39,504 bases of DNA from a virus (Duplodnaviria; Caudoviricetes). Under the pieces are notes generated by a model, which made no database searches, had not been told where the DNA came from, and was given only the letters and a program-made list of their open reading frames with translations. The DNA is taken from IMG/VR virus record IMGVR_UViG_3300025312_000115, positions 1 to 39,504 of that record, one strand, 5' to 3'. The position numbers and the translations under genes were made by a program. This document shows positions 35,225 to 39,504 of this stretch, piece after piece; the stretch's first letter is position 1, and every line of letters starts with the position of its first letter.

Positions 35225-35691
35225 CTTCTAGCTTTCATTCTAATGATAGGGTAGTCTAGTACTAGGAAGCGGTCGTCAAGCCTTTCCGCTAAGAATGGAC
35301 GGACTGATCCCCAAAGTAAGTTCCCCGTTCCAACGCCTGCACCCGGTCGGGGCATAACAATCTTGTTGAACTTATGGGAGTTAACGATATGGAGAAGTTC
35401 ATCAGTGGAGCGATGAATCAGCCGTAGGTCGGCGGTGGGATCAGTCCATAGATGTTTAGTGGGGAAAGTTATGAGGTTGTAGCCTGCGAAGTAGTGAGCG
35501 TGGTTACCGTAGGTTCGTAGTAGGGTACCGAGTGCGTTAGAGAGTCGAGGATAGCGTTCAGCAGCCTCACCAGCGCACCCTCGCCCCATTATAGCCTCAC
35601 CATTAGCCTTCAACGATCCGTTAGTCGTAATGACACGTACGTCGGCGTCATTCAACTTCTCATCCCACAGATCTATTCTAGCTTCTAGCAT
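35221..35691 (-). CDS. Macrodomain protein (ADP-ribose hydrolase-like; Poa1p/DarG/TARG1-type)
   Basis: 'DLWD...VITTNG...IMGRGCA.EAAERYP', 'LITFPTK..W', 'IVMPRPGAG.G.L.W'; likely start ATG 35691. Confidence 0.82.
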   Translation of the reverse strand: MLEARIDLWDEKLNDADVRVITTNGSLKANGEAIMGRGCAGEAAERYPRLSNALGTLLRTYGNHAHYFAGYNLITFPTKHLWTDPTADLRLIHRSTDELLHIVNSHKFNKIVMPRPGAGVGTGNLLWGSVRPFLAERLDDRFLVLDYPIIRMKARS

Positions 35692-35947
35692 GATTGTAGA
35701 CCTCGCTAAACGCTCTAGTTGCAGCATGAAATGTGGGTTCGGTTGATATAAACTCACCGTCAGGACTGTAAAGGTCGTACCTCCATACTATTCCTCTACG
35801 GAGAGCGATTCGTACGTGCCGAATCTCCCAGCCCAGATTATTCCGATATATTCGTGGGCCTCGTGAATCCTCCAGTGTGTACTTACGGAATGAGCGACCG
35901 TGGAAGTCGCGTTCGGTAAACGATAATACACTTGTAGGAATGCTCAC
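35678..35947 (-). CDS. Hypothetical protein
   Basis: GTG start overlapping the polymerase stop (GTGA). Confidence 0.5.
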   Translation of the reverse strand: MSIPTSVLSFTERDFHGRSFRKYTLEDSRGPRIYRNNLGWEIRHVRIALRRGIVWRYDLYSPDGEFISTEPTFHAATRAFSEVYNHARS

Positions 35948-38457
35948 GATGCAAACGGTATCCCCTCTTTGTATTTCTTGTATGAGATAAGAGAGCCCCA
36001 CGAACGGCCAGCTTCTACATCAATCTTAACTGGTACCTTGAGAGGGTAGACTTGGGTCATGATAGGGAATACTTCGGTTGCGAGAACATCATATTCACTC
36101 TCTGGGCCTTCCAGTACAATCTCGTCATGGACTTGAAGAATGATCTTAGTACGTAGGTTCATTTGTTGAAGTAGAGAGTGTACCGATAGTATGCAGAGTT
36201 TGAAGTAATCAGCCGCTGAGCCCTGAACCGGGACGTTAATAGCTGCCCGCTCAGCCTCTCCACGGATTGCGCGGTCGCTTGCGGTAATGTTAGGGAGGTA
36301 GCGGCGGCGTCCAAGGATCGTTTCAGCGTAGCCGTTTCGTCGGGTGAAAGCTCGGACAGCCTCTTGCCATGCCAAGATACCGGGGTAGGCTCCGTAGAAT
36401 CCATCGATGAACCTCCTAGCTTGATCTAGGGTAAGCTTGAGGGTAGGGGTACGCATCAGGACGCCCTGTTCACCGATCCCATAAAGGGTGCCGAAGCCAA
36501 CAGTTTTAGCAATAAACCGGGCGTTCTTCCACTCCAATGGTAGCATTTCATCTTCGGTCTTTCCAGTTATGAAGGTGGTGGTGTTATCGTGGATATCCAT
36601 ACCTTCGGTGATGAGCCGGATCATGTTCTCATCATCGCTAAGGTGAGCAGCCATACGCATCTCGATCTGTGAAAGGTCGGGAGCGTAGAGAAGGTGGTCG
36701 GGGCGGGATGCTACGAATCCCTTACGGATCGTGGCCCCCTCCAAATCTACTGAAACATCATCTCGCTTTCGTGCTGGTATGTTCTGGAGATTCGGATTCG
36801 CGTAGCTAACGCGCCCAGTCTCGGTACCTGTCTGTTTGCATTCGGGGTGAATGCGTCCATCGAGAGGGTCGATCCAAGTAGGAAGGCCATCGATGTAGGT
36901 GCTAAGCATCTTACGTATTCCGCGAATAGTAAAGATGTTTCGGACGAGCGGATTGTCAATGTGTTCTCCTAGAGAGACTCGATCTGTCGGGTACTCGGGG
37001 TGTCCCCTACGCTTCTTTGGCTTCGGAATAACATAGGGATGATCCCCAAAATACAGGGTGTCTCGGACTTGTAGGTAGGCGTTAACGTTGATGACTTTGC
37101 CGATCAGCTTAGCCTGCTCAACAGTTTGCTCGACCTGAGCCTGCTCTAGGTTAGCCTTAGCCTCAGCCAGTTTAGAGGGATCGAATGCGATTCCCGCCCT
37201 CTCAGTTGCTACAATGATCTCAGTGAAGGGAAGCTCTACATCGGTGTAGAGGTGGGATAGGTCGAGGGAGCGTTCAGCTAGTTTAGGGGCTTGATAGAGA
37301 TGTAGTCGAAGTGAAGCATCTGGGTCTTGGGCTGCGTACTCCACCACCTCATCCTCGATGGTATCTTGGGCTGCTCGCATATCGAGTTGATTCTCACCTC
37401 TCCAGTCCTTAGACTTGAAGCGTTTGAACTTATCGATGCGGATCATCTCGATACCATAAGCGTGGTGGATTCCATCCTTCAAGGAGAGTGGATGATCCCC
37501 CAGCAGCCACGCTTCGACCATCGTGTCTCGATAGTTCTTTATCGTAATACCGATGGACTCACAGATGTGCCTCTCGAACTTCGCATTCGAGACGATCTTA
37601 ATACGCTTGGGATCTTCCAATCCCATCTTGAGATCCTGCATTAGCTCGATGGCTTCTTCTTTCACCTGAAAGGGATAGTAGAGGCCGTTGCCGATCTCAT
37701 TACACACTCCCACTCCCACAATACCGGCAGCGCGTCCTAGTCTATCGGTTTCAAGGTCGAAGCCGAATGGGAGATTGTCAGGGGCGTACACCACGTCCAT
37801 GATCTCATCCCATGATGCCTTAGTCTTACGAAAGGGGATGCTCTCAGGAAGCTTAGGGGCTTTCCCCTCCAACGTTAGTCGTACGTTCTTAAGTTCCGCT
37901 ACGTACCCAGCCATTAACCCTACGACGTTGCGAAGTACGAATGCTGGGTGGACGGTAGGCATGATCATCCGCTCCCGTCCCAACACCTCCCGCTTATAGA
38001 TGTTCCCCCGCACCTGCGTAATCGAAGATTTCTCTTCTGGCATGAACCATCGAAAGGCGGAATCACCTAGACATATGATTAGGTCAGGGTCTACTTTAGC
38101 GATTTCTATGGTGAGCCACTGCCGACACGCCTTAATCTCGGGGCCCGTAGCTTTACGGTTTTCGGGTGGGTGACAATGATTCACATTAGTCTTATAGAGA
38201 TCATTGAGATCCCACCCCGCTTGCTTACAAGCGTTGGTTAGCAGTTGTCCACTTCTCCCAACAAGTGGCTTACCATCACGATCTTCCTCTTCGCCGGGGG
38301 ATTGTGCGACGAACATTACTCGGGAGGGGTAGGTGCCGAATCCCGGTACTACTCGACGGCGAGTCGATGAGAGAGTGCAATCCCTACACGATAGGAGTCC
38401 GGGGAGAATCATGAGTCCAAAACTAGGGTCGATGGGATCGGGTGAGAGATCAGTCAC
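35944..38457 (-). CDS. Family A DNA polymerase with an N-terminal uracil-DNA glycosylase (family 4-like) domain and 3'-5' exonuclease
   Basis: UDG: 'CRDC', 'VAQSPG', 'PLVGRSG', 'CHPPENR', 'HPAFVLR'. Exo: 'FDLET', 'YAAQD'. Pol: 'DLSQIEMR', 'RFIAKTVGFGTLYG', 'VHDEI'. Confidence 0.95.
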   Translation of the reverse strand: MTDLSPDPIDPSFGLMILPGLLSCRDCTLSSTRRRVVPGFGTYPSRVMFVAQSPGEEEDRDGKPLVGRSGQLLTNACKQAGWDLNDLYKTNVNHCHPPENRKATGPEIKACRQWLTIEIAKVDPDLIICLGDSAFRWFMPEEKSSITQVRGNIYKREVLGRERMIMPTVHPAFVLRNVVGLMAGYVAELKNVRLTLEGKAPKLPESIPFRKTKASWDEIMDVVYAPDNLPFGFDLETDRLGRAAGIVGVGVCNEIGNGLYYPFQVKEEAIELMQDLKMGLEDPKRIKIVSNAKFERHICESIGITIKNYRDTMVEAWLLGDHPLSLKDGIHHAYGIEMIRIDKFKRFKSKDWRGENQLDMRAAQDTIEDEVVEYAAQDPDASLRLHLYQAPKLAERSLDLSHLYTDVELPFTEIIVATERAGIAFDPSKLAEAKANLEQAQVEQTVEQAKLIGKVINVNAYLQVRDTLYFGDHPYVIPKPKKRRGHPEYPTDRVSLGEHIDNPLVRNIFTIRGIRKMLSTYIDGLPTWIDPLDGRIHPECKQTGTETGRVSYANPNLQNIPARKRDDVSVDLEGATIRKGFVASRPDHLLYAPDLSQIEMRMAAHLSDDENMIRLITEGMDIHDNTTTFITGKTEDEMLPLEWKNARFIAKTVGFGTLYGIGEQGVLMRTPTLKLTLDQARRFIDGFYGAYPGILAWQEAVRAFTRRNGYAETILGRRRYLPNITASDRAIRGEAERAAINVPVQGSAADYFKLCILSVHSLLQQMNLRTKIILQVHDEIVLEGPESEYDVLATEVFPIMTQVYPLKVPVKIDVEAGRSWGSLISYKKYKEGIPFAS

Positions 38458-38621
38458 TTAAGCAGCCTATCCTTAAGTTGAGATGCGCTGTAACTATACG
38501 GTGCTAACCACATACCAGTAAGGTTGGCCCAGCGCCGAAACTCTTGCGGCGAAAGCTTTTTGGACATCTCAATATAGGTATCCATCATGGGATTAGTTGG
38601 TTCTAGTTCATTCTTCGTCAT
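38454..38621 (-). CDS. Small hypothetical protein
   Basis: MTKNELEPT...; overlaps the MTase stop and the polymerase start. Confidence 0.45.
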   Translation of the reverse strand: MTKNELEPTNPMMDTYIEMSKKLSPQEFRRWANLTGMWLAPYSYSASQLKDRLLK

Positions 38622-39318
38622 TGATTTGCTCCAACTCGTCGCCCATCTCAACAGTACCGAGTAGCTGTCGGCCCTTACGAAGTATGGTAAGATATTCGTG
38701 CGCGAACGGTATCCCAGTGTTGTTGACCCCGTTGCTAACAGTGTTGTGTTGGACTTTGATTATCCTAAGCTCCTTGTGGAGAGCAAGGAGCAATAGCTTG
38801 TCTGCTTCAGTGATGTCATCCGTTAGAAAGTAGGTACGTCCACTGTTGCGGGTGCGTAAGTCCGCCAGTAGCAGTGCAATACGCCCATTCTCACTAAGTA
38901 CCATACGTAGGAACTTAAGAGTCAACCGCATCCTATTAAGGTACTGGGCGTAGGTACCGTTGCTAAAGTCGTTGGGGTTCTCACTGTAGCGGATCATGCT
39001 CCAGTAAGGAGGATGCAAGAATATGAGGTCGGCACCTTTACCATCGGTGACTGCACTTACCTCATCTACAATCTTCCACTGAGTCTTGTGGCTAAGGATA
39101 TCATCCCCATTCTTAAGATCATAGCCCAAGTATGGGGTACCTAACGTGTGACAAACATCTTGGGAGGTTCCACTACCCTCCATCGGATCTAGTACAAGAG
39201 TGGGAGAGAATGACTCGATCAGGTCTTTGACTAGATAGCCGGAACAGTTACCACGCCATCCCCCATTTCCCCACGGCCCTCTACTGGGGTAGCTTGCGAT
39301 TGTTGATGTGAAAGCCAT
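38608..39318 (-). CDS. DNA amino-methyltransferase (N6-A or N4-C)
   Basis: SAM-binding 'LDPMEGSGTS' followed by catalytic 'HPPY'. Confidence 0.85.
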   Translation of the reverse strand: MAFTSTIASYPSRGPWGNGGWRGNCSGYLVKDLIESFSPTLVLDPMEGSGTSQDVCHTLGTPYLGYDLKNGDDILSHKTQWKIVDEVSAVTDGKGADLIFLHPPYWSMIRYSENPNDFSNGTYAQYLNRMRLTLKFLRMVLSENGRIALLLADLRTRNSGRTYFLTDDITEADKLLLLALHKELRIIKVQHNTVSNGVNNTGIPFAHEYLTILRKGRQLLGTVEMGDELEQINDEE

Positions 39319-39324
39319 TTAGGA

Positions 39325-39504
39325 TTAGTGCTCCATCCCGGTAATTGTAGTGACTCTAGGTGTCACTTTATGGTATTCCGCTTGAAAGCGCAAGTCAGTA
39401 ATGATGTAGGTACGTGAATCAGGATGCACAATGATCCAATCACCAGCATGGAGGTACTGGATACCGTGGAAGCCAAGCATGTAGATCTCAGCACGACGAC
39501 CTTC
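39325..39504 (-). CDS. Partial CDS (3' end) of a phage hypothetical protein with a 'GDWII' motif
   Basis: Open from the window edge: EGRRAEIYMLGFHGIQYLHAGDWIIVHPD...MEH*. Confidence 0.6.
   Translation of the reverse strand, partial: EGRRAEIYMLGFHGIQYLHAGDWIIVHPDSRTYIITDLRFQAEYHKVTPRVTTITGMEH

Larger units (their letters stand above)
1..39504. mobile_element. Tailed bacteriophage (siphovirus-like) genome segment
   Basis: Terminase, portal, capsid, tail tube, chaperone, tape measure and tail-tip genes in order on +; replication and nucleotide-metabolism genes converge on -; no tail sheath gene seen. Confidence 0.96.

Noticed and set aside
1-39504. Stop-codon reassignment suggested by frequent CTAG/TAG
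   Set aside because: Genes are full length in the standard code, TAG serves as a normal stop (e.g. 6727, 15974, 21375), and terL-N ends in TGA followed by unrelated genes.

Overview
A ~39.5 kb segment of a tailed dsDNA bacteriophage with siphovirus-type architecture. No integrase or host genes are visible and the host cannot be assigned. The + strand (241-27821) is the virion arm: a membrane-anchored lytic transglycosylase; a large terminase split into two separate ORFs (1018-1944 and 3451-4503) with a C5 DNA methyltransferase, an HNH endonuclease and a small Cys-rich ORF between them; portal; a holin-like cluster; a protease-scaffold-major capsid fusion; head-tail and tail genes with a -1 frameshifted tail chaperone (C CCT TTA); tape measure; and tail-tip proteins ending in three paralogues. 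The - strand (27831-39504) is the early/replication arm: an amino-methyltransferase, a UDG-family A polymerase fusion, a macrodomain protein, a Cas4-like nuclease, a nucleotide-metabolism cluster (two all-alpha NTP pyrophosphatase-like proteins, DUF1937/NDT-like, ThyX) and many translationally coupled micro-ORFs. The most notable observations are the fractured terminase with its MTase-HNH insert, a promoter-driven ~153-nt multi-helix RNA candidate (35037-35189, -), a switch-like structured leader after the capsid gene, a recurring AAGTC-N5-GACT(T) palindrome, and apparent strong depletion of CCWGG and GGWCC. All calls come from reading motifs by eye; no database searches were run.
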